DNA of 32,000 bases from Vibrio vulnificus CMCP6 (GTDB lineage: Bacteria > Pseudomonadota > Gammaproteobacteria > Enterobacterales > Vibrionaceae). This document shows positions 11,111 to 21,647 of this stretch, in pieces. A program made the position numbers and the translations under genes. Under the pieces are notes generated by a model. That model did not search any database. It had not been told where the DNA came from and saw nothing but the letters and a program-made list of their open reading frames with translations. Location: NCBI RefSeq assembly GCF_000039765.1, contig NC_004459.3, forward strand, positions 1,260,001 to 1,292,000, in the 5' to 3' direction. Numbering within the stretch: position 1 is the stretch's first letter; each line of letters starts with the position of its first letter.

Positions 11111-11656
11111 ATGTCCTTTAGCGATCAGAACTTAATTTGGATCGATCTTGAGATGACAGGCTTGGATCCTGACGTTCATAAAATTATTGAAATAGCGTCT
11201 ATCGTCACCGATAGCGAGCTAAACATTTTAGCCGAAGGACCGGTACTTGCGATTCATCAGTCAGAAGAGGAACTCGCAAAAATGGATGAGTGGTGTACCA
11301 ATACACACACGGGTAGTGGTCTCGTAGAGCGAGTGCGTGGTAGTCAAATTACTGAGCAGGAGGCGGTTGAACAAACCATCGCTTTCTTAGAAAAGTGGGT
11401 ACCTAAAGGAGTATCGCCAATCTGCGGTAACAGCATTGGGCAAGATCGTCGTTTTTTGTACCGCCATATGCCTGAGCTTGAAGGCTATTTTCACTACCGT
11501 TATATCGACGTCAGTACTTTGAAAGAATTGACTAGAAGATGGAATCCGGAAGTATTGAAAGGTTTTTCTAAGCAGGGAACTCACCTAGCACTCGACGATA
11601 TTCGGGAATCTATTGCAGAACTTAAGTTCTATCGCCAAACCATTTTTAAGATTTAG
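11111..11656 (+). CDS. orn: Oligoribonuclease (DEDD exonuclease)
   Basis: [34 protein letters not shown]...[12 protein letters not shown]...[14 protein letters not shown]. The start is placed at ATG 11111; the track ORF beginning at 10874 overlaps rsgA and is an extension. Confidence 0.97.
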
Positions 11657-11750
11657 TATTGATTTCACGCGCTAGGGCGATGAATTTTTAGCTGCTTTGT
11701 GCGCTTTTTCATCGAACGGAAAAAATTTAAGGATTTTTTCTACGAAGGAC

Positions 11751-11778
11751 TTGCATCACAAAAAAATGCTCTTATAAT
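11751..11778 (+). promoter_or_regulatory. Probable sigma-70 promoter of the tRNA cluster
   Basis: TTGCAT-N16-TATAAT (-35 at 11751-11756, -10 at 11773-11778), about 35 nt upstream of the first mature tRNA. Confidence 0.7.
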
Positions 11779-11812
11779 TCGCAGCCCTGAACGACGTAAA
11801 ACGTTGTTGATT

Positions 11813-11888
11813 GCGACACTAGCTCAGTTGGTAGAGCGCAACCTTGCCAAGGTTGAGGTCACGAGTTCGAACCTCGTGTGTCGCTCCA
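11813..11888 (+). tRNA. tRNA-Gly(GCC), copy 1
   Basis: 76 nt incl. CCA; acceptor GCGACAC / GTGTCGC, anticodon loop TTGCCAA, T loop TTCGAAC. Confidence 0.97.
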
Positions 11889-11921
11889 AATTACAGTTCT
11901 CATCGTACTTAACGATGACAT

Positions 11922-11997
11922 GCGACACTAGCTCAGTTGGTAGAGCGCAACCTTGCCAAGGTTGAGGTCACGAGTTCGAACCTCGTGTGTCGCTCCA
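11922..11997 (+). tRNA. tRNA-Gly(GCC), copy 2
   Basis: Identical to copy 1, offset exactly 109 nt. Confidence 0.97.
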
Positions 11998-12030
11998 AAT
12001 TACAGTTCTCATCGTACTTAACGATGACAT

Positions 12031-12106
12031 GCGACACTAGCTCAGTTGGTAGAGCGCAACCTTGCCAAGGTTGAGGTCACGAGTTCGAACCTCGTGTGTC
12101 GCTCCA
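12031..12106 (+). tRNA. tRNA-Gly(GCC), copy 3
   Basis: Identical to copy 1, offset 109 nt from copy 2. Confidence 0.97.
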
Positions 12107-12139
12107 AATTACAGTTCTCATCGTACTTAACGATGACAT

Positions 12140-12215
12140 GCGACACTAGCTCAGTTGGTAGAGCGCAACCTTGCCAAGGTTGAGGTCACGAGTTCGAACC
12201 TCGTGTGTCGCTCCA
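12140..12215 (+). tRNA. tRNA-Gly(GCC), copy 4
   Basis: Identical to copy 1, offset 109 nt from copy 3. Confidence 0.97.
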
Positions 12216-12249
12216 GTTTACAGCCCTTATCGTGCTTAACGATGACATT

Positions 12250-12325
12250 GCGACACTAGCTCAGTTGGTAGAGCGCAACCTTGCCAAGGTTGAGGTCACG
12301 AGTTCGAACCTCGTGTGTCGCTCCA
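12250..12325 (+). tRNA. tRNA-Gly(GCC), copy 5
   Basis: Identical to copy 1, offset 110 nt from copy 4. Confidence 0.97.
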
Positions 12326-12380
12326 CTTTCTTTCAAGTGGATGAAATAGCCTTTATCGTGCTTAACGATAACAATACGGA

Positions 12381-12457
<77 letters not shown>

Positions 12458-12499
12458 ATTTCAAAGCTCTCACTGTGCTTAACAGTGACACAATACGGA

Positions 12500-12576
<77 letters not shown>

Positions 12577-12617
12577 ATTTCAAAGCTTTCATTGTGCTTA
12601 ACGATGACATACATGGA

Positions 12618-12694
<77 letters not shown>

Positions 12695-12736
12695 ATTTCA
12701 AAGCTCTCACTGTGCTTAACGGTGACACAATACGGA

Positions 12737-12813
<77 letters not shown>

Positions 12814-13054
12814 ATTTTCGGACGATGACAATTCCTTGTTTTGTGCGAAAGATGCTATCCCGTCATGCAATGAGGCGGTGATCATCACCTTCTGTACTGC
12901 TCTTTCAATAATGCTGCGAAGCATGAATCCCTAAAATGAAACCCATGTCCGATACAGATGTTCGGATGTTTTTGTCGTTTCACTTTTCTACCTTAAAAAC
13001 CACTGTCTCTCTTAGCATAGAAAGATAGGGTGTTTCCCTTGTTCATTAACAGAC

Positions 13055-13082
13055 TTATCCACAGAAAATGAAATGTGGATAA
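13055..13082. promoter_or_regulatory. Pair of perfect, inverted DnaA boxes
   Basis: TTATCCACA (13055-13063) - GAAAATGAAA - TGTGGATAA (13074-13082), both exact consensus R-type boxes in opposite orientation. Confidence 0.75.
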
Positions 13083-13327
13083 CTTGGTTGATAACAATGA
13101 GTAGACAACATATTCCTCTTGTCAAGAAAGGATCTTTTTTCGTTTTTACAATTAATGTTTAAATGCGTAAATTTGTATTTATTTGTTTTTAAAGGGTTTT
13201 TGCGTTTTTTCTTGATTTTAATGACGTTGCTTTTTGATCATTAAGCTCTGCTTTATTGATCCTAGTCATTGATTGGATATGTGTTTAACTTTTTTTGTCT
13301 TCGAGTTTGTAAGTAACTTTGCTAATT

Positions 13328-13336
13328 TTTTCCACA
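13328..13336 (+). promoter_or_regulatory. Relaxed-consensus DnaA box
   Basis: TTTTCCACA matches TTWTNCACA; same intergenic region as the perfect pair. Confidence 0.4.
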
Positions 13337-13388
13337 TTTTGAAATTTGAGATGGGAATCAAATATTGCAACGCAAAAATGTGTGGTTG

Positions 13389-14510
13389 TTATCTTGCATC
13401 TCTTGGTAGCCCTTTATCGACGATGCGTATCAGTCTTTGCTTTTTTACATCAAGGGAGAAGTGGCCAGCTTGGGCTGCTTGTTCTTCCAATGCCCAGTTG
13501 ATGTGTTCATCCAGTAATTCACTCATTCCCTTGCGAGACTCAAGAGCCGTGACGATTTGTGGAGAGAAAGGTGCGTTGCCCATCGCGACGGCAATATTTC
13601 TGAGCCATTGCAGATGGCCAATGCGGCGAATCGCGGAGCCTTCCATGTTTTTTAGGAAAGTCGGTTCGTCCCACTGAAACAATGCAATGAGCGAGGCGTT
13701 GTTCAAGGGCGATCTCCGGTGGAAGTCACCTTGTTGCGTCAAGTCTGCGTAACGGTTCCAAGGACACACTAATTGGCAGTCATCACAGCCATAAATTCGA
13801 TTGCCAATTGCTTTACGAAACTCTGGCGCGATGATTCCGTCGTGTTCGATGGTGAGATAAGAAATGCAGCGACGAGCGTCGACAACTTTGTTATCGACAA
13901 TAGCTTGGGTGGGGCAAGAGGTGATACAGGCTTGGCATTTTCCGCACGCCTCTTCACTGGCTTGGTCTACTGGTAATGGTAAATCAATCAGCAGCTCGCC
14001 TAGGAAGAACCATGAACCTGCGTCTTTATCGAGAATGAGCGAATGTTTTCCTGTCCAGCCAAGCCCAGCTTTTTGAGCTAAGGGGCGCTCTAGGATCGGT
14101 GCTGAATCAACGAAAGGGCGATAGCCAAATTGACCCACTTCGGCTTCAATTTTTTTTGCGAGGGCAGAAAGCTGCTTGCGCACTAATTTATGATAGTCAC
14201 GGCCGAGAGCGTAGCGGCTAATATAACCTTGTGTCGGATCCGCGAGATCGGCTGCGAATTGCGCTTGAGGAGGCAGGTAGTTCATACGAACACTGATCAC
14301 TCTTACGGTTCCTGGTAAGAGTTCGGCTGGACGTGCGCGCATCATGCCATGTCTTGCCATCCAATCCATGCTGCCGTGATAACCTGCGTCGAGCCATTTT
14401 TGCAACTGTGCTTCGTGCTCCGTTAAATCAATGTCGCAGATCCCGACTTTTTCAAAGCCGAGTTCTTTTCCCCATTGTTTTATTTGCTGTGCAAGTTGCT
14501 GGTAATCCAT
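13389..14510 (-). CDS. queG: Epoxyqueuosine reductase
   Basis: 373 aa; two 4Fe-4S binding motifs (CGKCQACITSCP and CDDCQLVCPWN...) and family segments GKHSLILDKDAGSWFFLGELL and YGCDDCQLVCPWN. Confidence 0.95.
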   Translation of the reverse strand: MDYQQLAQQIKQWGKELGFEKVGICDIDLTEHEAQLQKWLDAGYHGSMDWMARHGMMRARPAELLPGTVRVISVRMNYLPPQAQFAADLADPTQGYISRYALGRDYHKLVRKQLSALAKKIEAEVGQFGYRPFVDSAPILERPLAQKAGLGWTGKHSLILDKDAGSWFFLGELLIDLPLPVDQASEEACGKCQACITSCPTQAIVDNKVVDARRCISYLTIEHDGIIAPEFRKAIGNRIYGCDDCQLVCPWNRYADLTQQGDFHRRSPLNNASLIALFQWDEPTFLKNMEGSAIRRIGHLQWLRNIAVAMGNAPFSPQIVTALESRKGMSELLDEHINWALEEQAAQAGHFSLDVKKQRLIRIVDKGLPRDAR

Positions 14511-14701
14511 GGTGACTGCCTGTTCAAAACGGACGCGGATCTTACTGGATCTTCACGTTAGGTTCTAGCACAACCCTCAATCGAGAGCGATTTTTCGTTG
14601 AAATGACAATTGGGTGCTTGTCTCTCAAAATGGACACGGTTTACTATTCGTGTTCTTTTGATTTTTATATAGTCAACTTCGATATTCAGAGATACATGAT
14701 C

Positions 14702-15166
14702 ATGAACGCAAAACAGTTCGAACTGAAAGATGAGCAGGCGACCATACTGCTTGGAACACAACTCGCCCATCTTTGTTCTCAACAGACCACGATTTACTTA
14801 CACGGTGATCTTGGGGCTGGAAAAACCACTTTTAGCCGTGGTTTTGTAAGAGCGCTTGGTCATGCTGGTAACGTAAAAAGCCCAACCTATACCTTAGTCG
14901 AGCCTTATCAGTTAGCCGATTGGCAAGTGTATCATTTTGATCTTTACCGTTTGGCCGATCCTGAAGAGCTCGAATTCATGGGCATTCGCGACTATTTTAC
15001 CGCGGATGCGATCTGCTTAGTGGAGTGGCCGGAGAAAGGGGAAGGTCTCCTCCCTAAACCGGATCTGGATATTGATATTCGCTATCAAGGTGAACAACGT
15101 ATTGCTCAGGTAAAAGCAAATAATGACTATGGCCTAAAGCTGCTCAGTAAATTGGAGTTATGTTGA
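14702..15166 (+). CDS. tsaE: tRNA threonylcarbamoyladenosine biosynthesis ATPase TsaE
   Basis: Walker [38 protein letters not shown]. Start at ATG 14702 (or in-frame 14696); the track start at 14603 is an extension. Confidence 0.94.
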   Translation: MNAKQFELKDEQATILLGTQLAHLCSQQTTIYLHGDLGAGKTTFSRGFVRALGHAGNVKSPTYTLVEPYQLADWQVYHFDLYRLADPEELEFMGIRDYFTADAICLVEWPEKGEGLLPKPDLDIDIRYQGEQRIAQVKANNDYGLKLLSKLELC

Positions 15167-16878
15167 GTTTAAAGCGCATTCAAAAAGCAGCAGTTTGGCT
15201 GTCTGCTCTTTACTTTTTGATCCCTTCTTTAGTTTGGGCCAATGTTTTACAAGGCGTGAGGGTATGGCCTTCACCGGATGAAACTCGAGTGGTAGTAGAT
15301 TTAGCGGACGAAGCAAACTTCAGCTATTTCTCATTGACCAAGCCTGATCGTTTAGTGGTGGATCTGAAAAGTACATCACTCAAAACTAAGCTGCCGATTA
15401 CCGTCAGTGATAGCCCGGTGCTGTCTCGCATCCGTCAAAGCTCACCGCCAGAGCAAGGCACCTATCGTTTGGTGTTTGAGTTGAAGAAAAGCGCCCCGGC
15501 TGAATTGTTCAAGTTGGCGCCAACCCCTGGAGGTGACTACGGGCACCGCTTGGTGATCGACTTACCGCACAAAGCTCGCAGTACAACGACATCGAGCAAC
15601 AATAATGCGAAACCGCAAACGGTGAATAAGGACATTCAATCTGTTCAACGAGCGGAAGAAATTTTGATCGTGATTGATCCCGGCCATGGGGGTGAAGACC
15701 CAGGTTCGATTGGTCCGACGCGTCGCTATGAAAAAAATGCCACATTGAGCATTTCACACAAAATTGCCGCAGAGCTTGACGCGGTTCCTGGTATCAAAAC
15801 CAAGCTGACGCGTTCTGGGGATTACTTTGTCAACCTCAACCGCCGCGTGGCGATTGCTCGTGAAAACGACGCACACCTGTTGATCTCTGTGCATGCGGAT
15901 GCTTTTACTTCACCGCAACCACGTGGTGGATCGGTGTTTGTGTTGAATACCCGTCGCGCGAACACGGAAATTGCACGTTGGGTTGAGAATCACGAAAAGC
16001 AATCTGAAATCTTGGGTGGTTCAGGCGCGGCGTTTACGAACATCAATGATAAGAACGTCAACCAAACCTTACTGGATTTACAGTTTAGCCACTCGCAGAA
16101 AGAGGGCTACAAACTCGCCACAGAGATTTTGTCGGAAATGGGAAAAGTTGCGCAGTTGCATAACAGCCAGCCAATCAACACCAGTTTGGCGGTTTTGCGC
16201 TCCCCACAAATCCCTTCAGTACTGGTAGAAACAGGATTTATCTCCAACCCAACCGAGGAAAAACTGCTGTTTCAGCGCGCACACCAAGATAAGCTGGCTA
16301 AAGCGATCTCAAAGGCAGTGCTGAAATACCTGAAAGATAATCCACCGGAAGGAACGGTGTTTGCCTCCAGTGCGAAGCCGATTGTTCACACCGTTAAACG
16401 GGGTGAGTCGTTAAGTGTGATCGCTGAGCGTTATGGCACTTCAACGCAAACGATCATGAAAGACAATCAGTTAAAATCTTCAACTCTGTCGATTGGTCAA
16501 ACGTTGAAAATTCACCGTGGTGTGCCCGGACCTAAGGTGATTGCGGCTCAACCGAATACCGTGGAAACCAAGACCATTACCCACAAGGTCAGCAAAGGTG
16601 AATTTTTGGGCATGATTGCCGATCGTTATAAAGTGTCGGTCGCTGATATTCGTCGAGAGAATAAGCTCAAGTCTGACACCTTATGGGTAGGGCAGAAATT
16701 GAGCATCACCGTGAACTTGAAAGATCAACCGATCCGCAAACACACGGTAGCTCGTGGAGAGTTTCTGAGTAAAATTGCAGCCAAGTATGGTGTGAGTGTT
16801 TCGAGCATCCGCCAAGCGAACAACTTGCGTTCCGATGAGCTGGCAATTGGGCAGGTATTGATTATTCCAAATAAATAG
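15160..16878 (+). CDS. amiB: N-acetylmuramoyl-L-alanine amidase with AMIN domain and three LysM repeats
   Basis: 572 aa; signal segment, AMIN domain, Amidase_3 ([36 protein letters not shown]), then three LysM units. Overlaps the tsaE stop by 7 nt. Confidence 0.94.
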   Translation: MLSLKRIQKAAVWLSALYFLIPSLVWANVLQGVRVWPSPDETRVVVDLADEANFSYFSLTKPDRLVVDLKSTSLKTKLPITVSDSPVLSRIRQSSPPEQGTYRLVFELKKSAPAELFKLAPTPGGDYGHRLVIDLPHKARSTTTSSNNNAKPQTVNKDIQSVQRAEEILIVIDPGHGGEDPGSIGPTRRYEKNATLSISHKIAAELDAVPGIKTKLTRSGDYFVNLNRRVAIARENDAHLLISVHADAFTSPQPRGGSVFVLNTRRANTEIARWVENHEKQSEILGGSGAAFTNINDKNVNQTLLDLQFSHSQKEGYKLATEILSEMGKVAQLHNSQPINTSLAVLRSPQIPSVLVETGFISNPTEEKLLFQRAHQDKLAKAISKAVLKYLKDNPPEGTVFASSAKPIVHTVKRGESLSVIAERYGTSTQTIMKDNQLKSSTLSIGQTLKIHRGVPGPKVIAAQPNTVETKTITHKVSKGEFLGMIADRYKVSVADIRRENKLKSDTLWVGQKLSITVNLKDQPIRKHTVARGEFLSKIAAKYGVSVSSIRQANNLRSDELAIGQVLIIPNK

Positions 16879-16886
16879 GCAGAGAG

Positions 16887-18881
16887 ATGACGATCCGGAT
16901 ACTACCAGCGCGTTTGGCGAACCAGATAGCGGCTGGTGAAGTGGTTGAACGCCCCGCTTCTGTGGTCAAAGAGTTAGTGGAAAATAGCCTTGACTCAGGG
17001 GCAACTAAGATTGACATCGATATCGAGAAAGGCGGCGCAAAGCTGATTCGTATCCGTGATAACGGCTCTGGTATTGTGAAAGATGAGCTGGGCCTTGCGC
17101 TAAGTCGACACGCAACGTCAAAAATCCACACCTTGGACGATCTGGAAGCGATCATGAGTCTTGGGTTTCGTGGAGAAGCGTTAGCCAGTATCAGTTCAGT
17201 ATCGCGTTTGACCCTTACCTCTCGCCCTGCAACGCAAGAGCAAGCGTGGAGTGCTTATACGGAAGGGCGGGATATGCAGGTAAAACTGCAGCCTACCGCT
17301 CACCCGATTGGTACCACCGTTGAAGTGGTCGACCTGTTTTTTAACACCCCCGCCAGACGCAAATTTCTTCGTACTGAGAAAACCGAATTTGCTCATATTG
17401 ATGAGCTGCTAAAACGGATTGCACTCAGCTGCTTTGATGTGTCGATAACCTTACGCCACAACGGCAAAGTGATCCGCCAATACCGTGCTGCACACAATGA
17501 TCTTCAGGCAGAAAAACGCTTAGCCACCGTTTGTGGTCAAGCGTTTGTACGTTGCATGCTGAAAATAGAGCTAGAACATCAAGGCCTCAAACTTCACGGT
17601 TGGATCACCACGCCAGAAGGGGCTCGCCAGCAAAGTGATCTGCAATATTGTTATGTTAATGGCCGGATGATGCGCGACAAGCTCATCAATCATGCCATTC
17701 GCCAAAGCTATGAGACGAGCTTAAAGCCTGAGCAATTTGCCGCTTATGTTCTATTCATTGAGTTGGACCCACATCAAGTTGACGTCAACGTTCATCCGGC
17801 CAAACATGAAGTGCGATTCCATCAAGCCCGCTTGGTGCATGATTTTATTTATCAAGCGCTTGCAAGTGCGTTGGCGCAAAGTGACAGTATCGAGCAACCG
17901 CAAATCAATGAGTCAGCTTTTCATTATCAAGCCGAGCCAGAAGTTGCTCCACAAGGCAGCTTTCCTGCCGAAAGTAATGAGGTTCCACAAGCGGTTTATC
18001 ATGCGATTGAAAAAGCGCCAGCCTATCCACGAAAAGCAGGACAAGAGCAACAGTTACAGCCAGTAGCACCTTTGGAAAGCTCGTTTTCTAGTGAACAAGG
18101 CCGTGAAGTTTCACCTGCGCCACACAATGAGCGCAAGGCTTGGATGGAGTCACGATCCCCTGCGCGCCATACAACATCTTCAAATCAGAGTGAACGCTAT
18201 GGCGAGCCAGCACCCAGCAAACAGCAAGTCAAAGCCTATGCTGAGTTACTTCATACCCCGGATTTTCCGTCCCAGAATGTGGAATGTCATCCGTCGCCCT
18301 CTATCGCCTCTCCTGTCCAAGAGTTAGGGAAGGCGGTATCTGTGGTGGCGCAACGTTATCTTTTGACGACAACGAAGGCGGGTTGCCAACTGATTTCTCT
18401 TGCTCGTGCAGAGTTCTATCGAACCCTTGGGCAACTGAATGGCGATAAAGCGCCATTGAAGTCTCAGCCTTTGTTGGTGCCGCTTTCGCTAAAACTGGAA
18501 AAAGGGTTGGTTCATGCCGCGCAAGAGCATCAAGATCGTTTTGCTCGCATGGGGATCCTCTTCAAAATGCGTAATGAGAAAGCCCTGATGGTGATGGGGG
18601 TGCCTGCGCCATTAAGGCAACAAAATTTACAACTTCTTATTCCAGATCTGTTATCTTACGCCGCTTCGCAAGCCCAGAAGGAAGAGCTGGCACAAAATGA
18701 CACGGCGATGGCGCAGTGGTTGGCGTTGCGTGTGGCAAAAGTGAAAAGCCACTATACACTTTCTGAGGCGATACAAATTATTTCGGAACTCGAACAACTC
18801 TGGCAAGAGAAGCTCCCGCTACAGGATTCTCAACTGGTCACGAGTGTCGATTTCTCGGCAACGATTGCACAACTGACATGA
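16887..18881 (+). CDS. mutL: DNA mismatch repair protein MutL
   Basis: 664 aa; GHKL motifs [45 protein letters not shown]; low-complexity linker and C-terminal dimerisation region. Confidence 0.97.
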   Translation: MTIRILPARLANQIAAGEVVERPASVVKELVENSLDSGATKIDIDIEKGGAKLIRIRDNGSGIVKDELGLALSRHATSKIHTLDDLEAIMSLGFRGEALASISSVSRLTLTSRPATQEQAWSAYTEGRDMQVKLQPTAHPIGTTVEVVDLFFNTPARRKFLRTEKTEFAHIDELLKRIALSCFDVSITLRHNGKVIRQYRAAHNDLQAEKRLATVCGQAFVRCMLKIELEHQGLKLHGWITTPEGARQQSDLQYCYVNGRMMRDKLINHAIRQSYETSLKPEQFAAYVLFIELDPHQVDVNVHPAKHEVRFHQARLVHDFIYQALASALAQSDSIEQPQINESAFHYQAEPEVAPQGSFPAESNEVPQAVYHAIEKAPAYPRKAGQEQQLQPVAPLESSFSSEQGREVSPAPHNERKAWMESRSPARHTTSSNQSERYGEPAPSKQQVKAYAELLHTPDFPSQNVECHPSPSIASPVQELGKAVSVVAQRYLLTTTKAGCQLISLARAEFYRTLGQLNGDKAPLKSQPLLVPLSLKLEKGLVHAAQEHQDRFARMGILFKMRNEKALMVMGVPAPLRQQNLQLLIPDLLSYAASQAQKEELAQNDTAMAQWLALRVAKVKSHYTLSEAIQIISELEQLWQEKLPLQDSQLVTSVDFSATIAQLT

Positions 18882-18885
18882 CACC

Positions 18886-19833
18886 ATGACTGAACAATTA
18901 CCTTTAGCTCTGTTTTTAATGGGGCCGACAGCATCGGGAAAAACGGAATTAGCAATCCGATTGCGTCAACGATATCCAGTTGAACTTATCAGTGTCGACT
19001 CTGCTCTAATTTACAAGGGCATGGATATTGGCACTGCCAAACCTGATGAACGCGAGCAACAACTGGCACCGCATCGTTTGATCGATATTTTAGATCCGAC
19101 CGAAGCCTATTCTGCGGCTGATTTTCGTCGTGATGCTCTCGCAGCAATGAACGAGATCGTTGCACAAGGCAAAATTCCGCTGCTTGTTGGTGGAACTATG
19201 CTGTATTTCAAGGCGTTACTCGAAGGTCTGTCACCACTTCCTGCTGCAAATGCTGAAATACGTCAGCAAATTGAACAAGAAGCATTGACGAAAGGTTGGT
19301 CAGTATTGCACGATGAGCTTCAAGAGATTGATCCTGTATCGGCAGCGAGAATACACCCGAATGATCCGCAAAGATTGTCGCGTGCATTGGAAGTTTATCG
19401 AATTTCAGGTAAAACTCTTACTGAGCTGACGGAAACGAAAGGGGAAAGTTTACCGTTTCGTGTCAAGCAGTTCGCAATAGCTCCCAAGGAAAGGGCAGAG
19501 CTCCATCGTCGTATTGAACTGCGTTTCGATAAAATGATGGAAGCCGGATTTGAACAAGAAATGAGAGCCTTGTATACACGCAAGGATCTTCATCCGGATC
19601 TTCCTTCCATTCGATGCGTCGGTTACCGACAGATGTGGGACTATTTAGACGGGAATTGCACTTTAGATGAAGCGATCTATCGTGGTATCTGTGCAACTCG
19701 TCAATTGGCCAAGCGACAAATTACCTGGTTGCGCAGCTGGGATAATTTAACTTGGTTGGATAGCGAAAACATTGAACAGTCACTAGAAACTCTCTCAGAA
19801 GCCATAGCATCTGATAGAGATAGCTGTGTATAA
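18886..19833 (+). CDS. miaA: tRNA dimethylallyltransferase
   Basis: 315 aa; [45 protein letters not shown]. Confidence 0.96.
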   Translation: MTEQLPLALFLMGPTASGKTELAIRLRQRYPVELISVDSALIYKGMDIGTAKPDEREQQLAPHRLIDILDPTEAYSAADFRRDALAAMNEIVAQGKIPLLVGGTMLYFKALLEGLSPLPAANAEIRQQIEQEALTKGWSVLHDELQEIDPVSAARIHPNDPQRLSRALEVYRISGKTLTELTETKGESLPFRVKQFAIAPKERAELHRRIELRFDKMMEAGFEQEMRALYTRKDLHPDLPSIRCVGYRQMWDYLDGNCTLDEAIYRGICATRQLAKRQITWLRSWDNLTWLDSENIEQSLETLSEAIASDRDSCV

Positions 19834-20010
19834 TGTGATCGTTTTTGCGTGAATACACTCTAAGAAGGATCAGTTTCTGGTAACTTGCTGTTTAGGCTGC
19901 TAGTAACTAAGGGTGTTTTTTGTTCGTTTAGCTCAGATGCAAAGGCATTTTCTTTTGCAGTGCACCACTAGCTAAATAATTACAACTACAAATTAAATAA
20001 GGAAAATAAA

Positions 20011-20271
20011 ATGGCTAAGGGGCAATCTCTACAAGACCCATTTCTAAACGCACTCCGTCGTGAGCGTATCCCTGTATCGATTTACCTAGTAAACGGTATC
20101 AAGTTGCAAGGTCAGATCGAGTCGTTCGATCAATTTGTGATCCTGCTGAAGAATACAGTAAACCAGATGGTTTATAAGCACGCAATTTCTACTGTGGTTC
20201 CTGCTCGTCCAGTGAGTCACCACAGCGGCGAGCGTGGCTCAGATCGTCCAAGCGAGAAATCGGAAGATTAA
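20011..20271 (+). CDS. hfq: RNA-binding protein Hfq
   Basis: 86 aa; [68 protein letters not shown]. Confidence 0.99.
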
Positions 20272-20312
20272 TTTCGTTATCGATCATTTAAACACTTTAA
20301 GGAGTTGATTGC

Positions 20313-21602
20313 TTGTTTGACCGTTATGAATCCGGTGAGCGAGCCGTACTTGTTCATGTCAACTTCACGCAACAAGGCGAGTGGGAAGACCTTGCAGAAT
20401 GTGAAATGTTGGTTTCTTCCTCAGGGGTAGAAACGTTACAGGTCATTACTGCAAGTCGTCAATCACCACACGCCAAATACTACGTCGGAGAGGGAAAGGC
20501 TCAGGAAATTGCTCAAGCTGTGCAATTGACCGGAGCTGAAATCGTGATATTTAATCACGCCCTCTCTCCTGCCCAAGAGCGCAACCTCGAAAGATTGTGT
20601 CAGTGTCGAGTCATCGACCGTACCGGTCTGATTCTGGATATTTTCGCCCAACGAGCTCGTACCCACGAAGGTAAACTTCAAGTGGAGTTGGCTCAGCTTC
20701 GACATATCTCTACTCGCTTAATTCGCGGTTGGACGCACCTTGAGAGGCAAAAAGGTGGTATTGGCTTGCGTGGACCTGGGGAAACTCAGCTTGAAACAGA
20801 CCGCCGTTTACTGCGTGAGCGTATTAAAGCGATTTTGCGTCGTCTAGAAAAAGTAGCGAAACAACGTGAGCAAGGGCGCCGTGCCCGAAATCGTGCAGAA
20901 ATTCCAACCATTTCTTTGGTCGGGTATACCAACGCAGGGAAATCCACCCTGTTTAACCGTATCACTGAAGCTGGGGTTTATGCTGCCGACCAATTGTTTG
21001 CGACGTTGGATCCGACTCTGCGTAAGATTGAACTGGCGGATGTAGGGCCAGCCATTTTGGCGGATACGGTCGGATTTATTCGACATCTACCACATGATCT
21101 GGTCGCAGCATTTAAAGCAACCTTGCAAGAAACGCAAGAAGCTGACATTTTGTTACATGTTGTTGATGCCAGTGATGAGCGTTTTCGTGAGAATATTCAA
21201 GCTGTTCACGTAGTACTAGAAGAAATCAATGCTCACGAGATACCAACACTCGTGGTGATGAACAAGATAGACAATATGGAAGACCAACGTCCACGTATTG
21301 AGCGCGATGATGAAGGGGTACCCCAAGTCGTCTGGCTTTCTGCGATGGATGGTCAAGGTATCGATCTTCTGTTTGAAGCGCTGACGGAACGTTTGGCTTC
21401 AAGCATGGTGGAGTGCCAGTTGCGAATCCCTCCACAACATCAAGGACGGTTTCGTAGTACATTCTTCCAGATGAAATGTATTCAACAGGAAGAATATGAT
21501 CAGGATGGTAACTTGTTGATCGATATTCGAATGCAGCAAGTAGATTGGTCTAGACTTGAAAAAAGAGAAGGGGCAGTTTTGAGTGACTTTATCGTTACTT
21601 AA
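20313..21602 (+). CDS. hflX: GTPase HflX
   Basis: 429 aa from a TTG start; G1 GYTNAGKSTLFNR, G3 DTVGFIRHLP, G4 NKID; HflX glycine-rich segment GGIGLRGPGETQLETDRR. Confidence 0.96.
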   Translation: MFDRYESGERAVLVHVNFTQQGEWEDLAECEMLVSSSGVETLQVITASRQSPHAKYYVGEGKAQEIAQAVQLTGAEIVIFNHALSPAQERNLERLCQCRVIDRTGLILDIFAQRARTHEGKLQVELAQLRHISTRLIRGWTHLERQKGGIGLRGPGETQLETDRRLLRERIKAILRRLEKVAKQREQGRRARNRAEIPTISLVGYTNAGKSTLFNRITEAGVYAADQLFATLDPTLRKIELADVGPAILADTVGFIRHLPHDLVAAFKATLQETQEADILLHVVDASDERFRENIQAVHVVLEEINAHEIPTLVVMNKIDNMEDQRPRIERDDEGVPQVVWLSAMDGQGIDLLFEALTERLASSMVECQLRIPPQHQGRFRSTFFQMKCIQQEEYDQDGNLLIDIRMQQVDWSRLEKREGAVLSDFIVT

Positions 21603-21647
21603 AGGACTGCTACAGTATAACGTCATATCAAATGATGGAGCTTTCTA

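Noticed and set aside
11813-12325. Regular repeat array with constant 33-nt spacers, superficially CRISPR-like
   Set aside because: The 76-nt repeats are complete tRNA-Gly genes with anticodon GCC and encoded CCA, and the spacers are near-identical rather than unique.
13130-13210. T-rich/AT-rich tract considered as a duplex unwinding element or a chromosomal origin
   Set aside because: Only two perfect and one relaxed DnaA box, with no 13-mer repeats, no GATC cluster, and no dnaA/gidA/rctB neighbour. A titration/regulatory site is more plausible than an origin.
17737-18327. Out-of-frame plus-strand ORFs inside mutL (109 aa and 78 aa)
   Set aside because: They overlap the mutL linker region in an alternative frame, with no independent start signals or homology I recognise.
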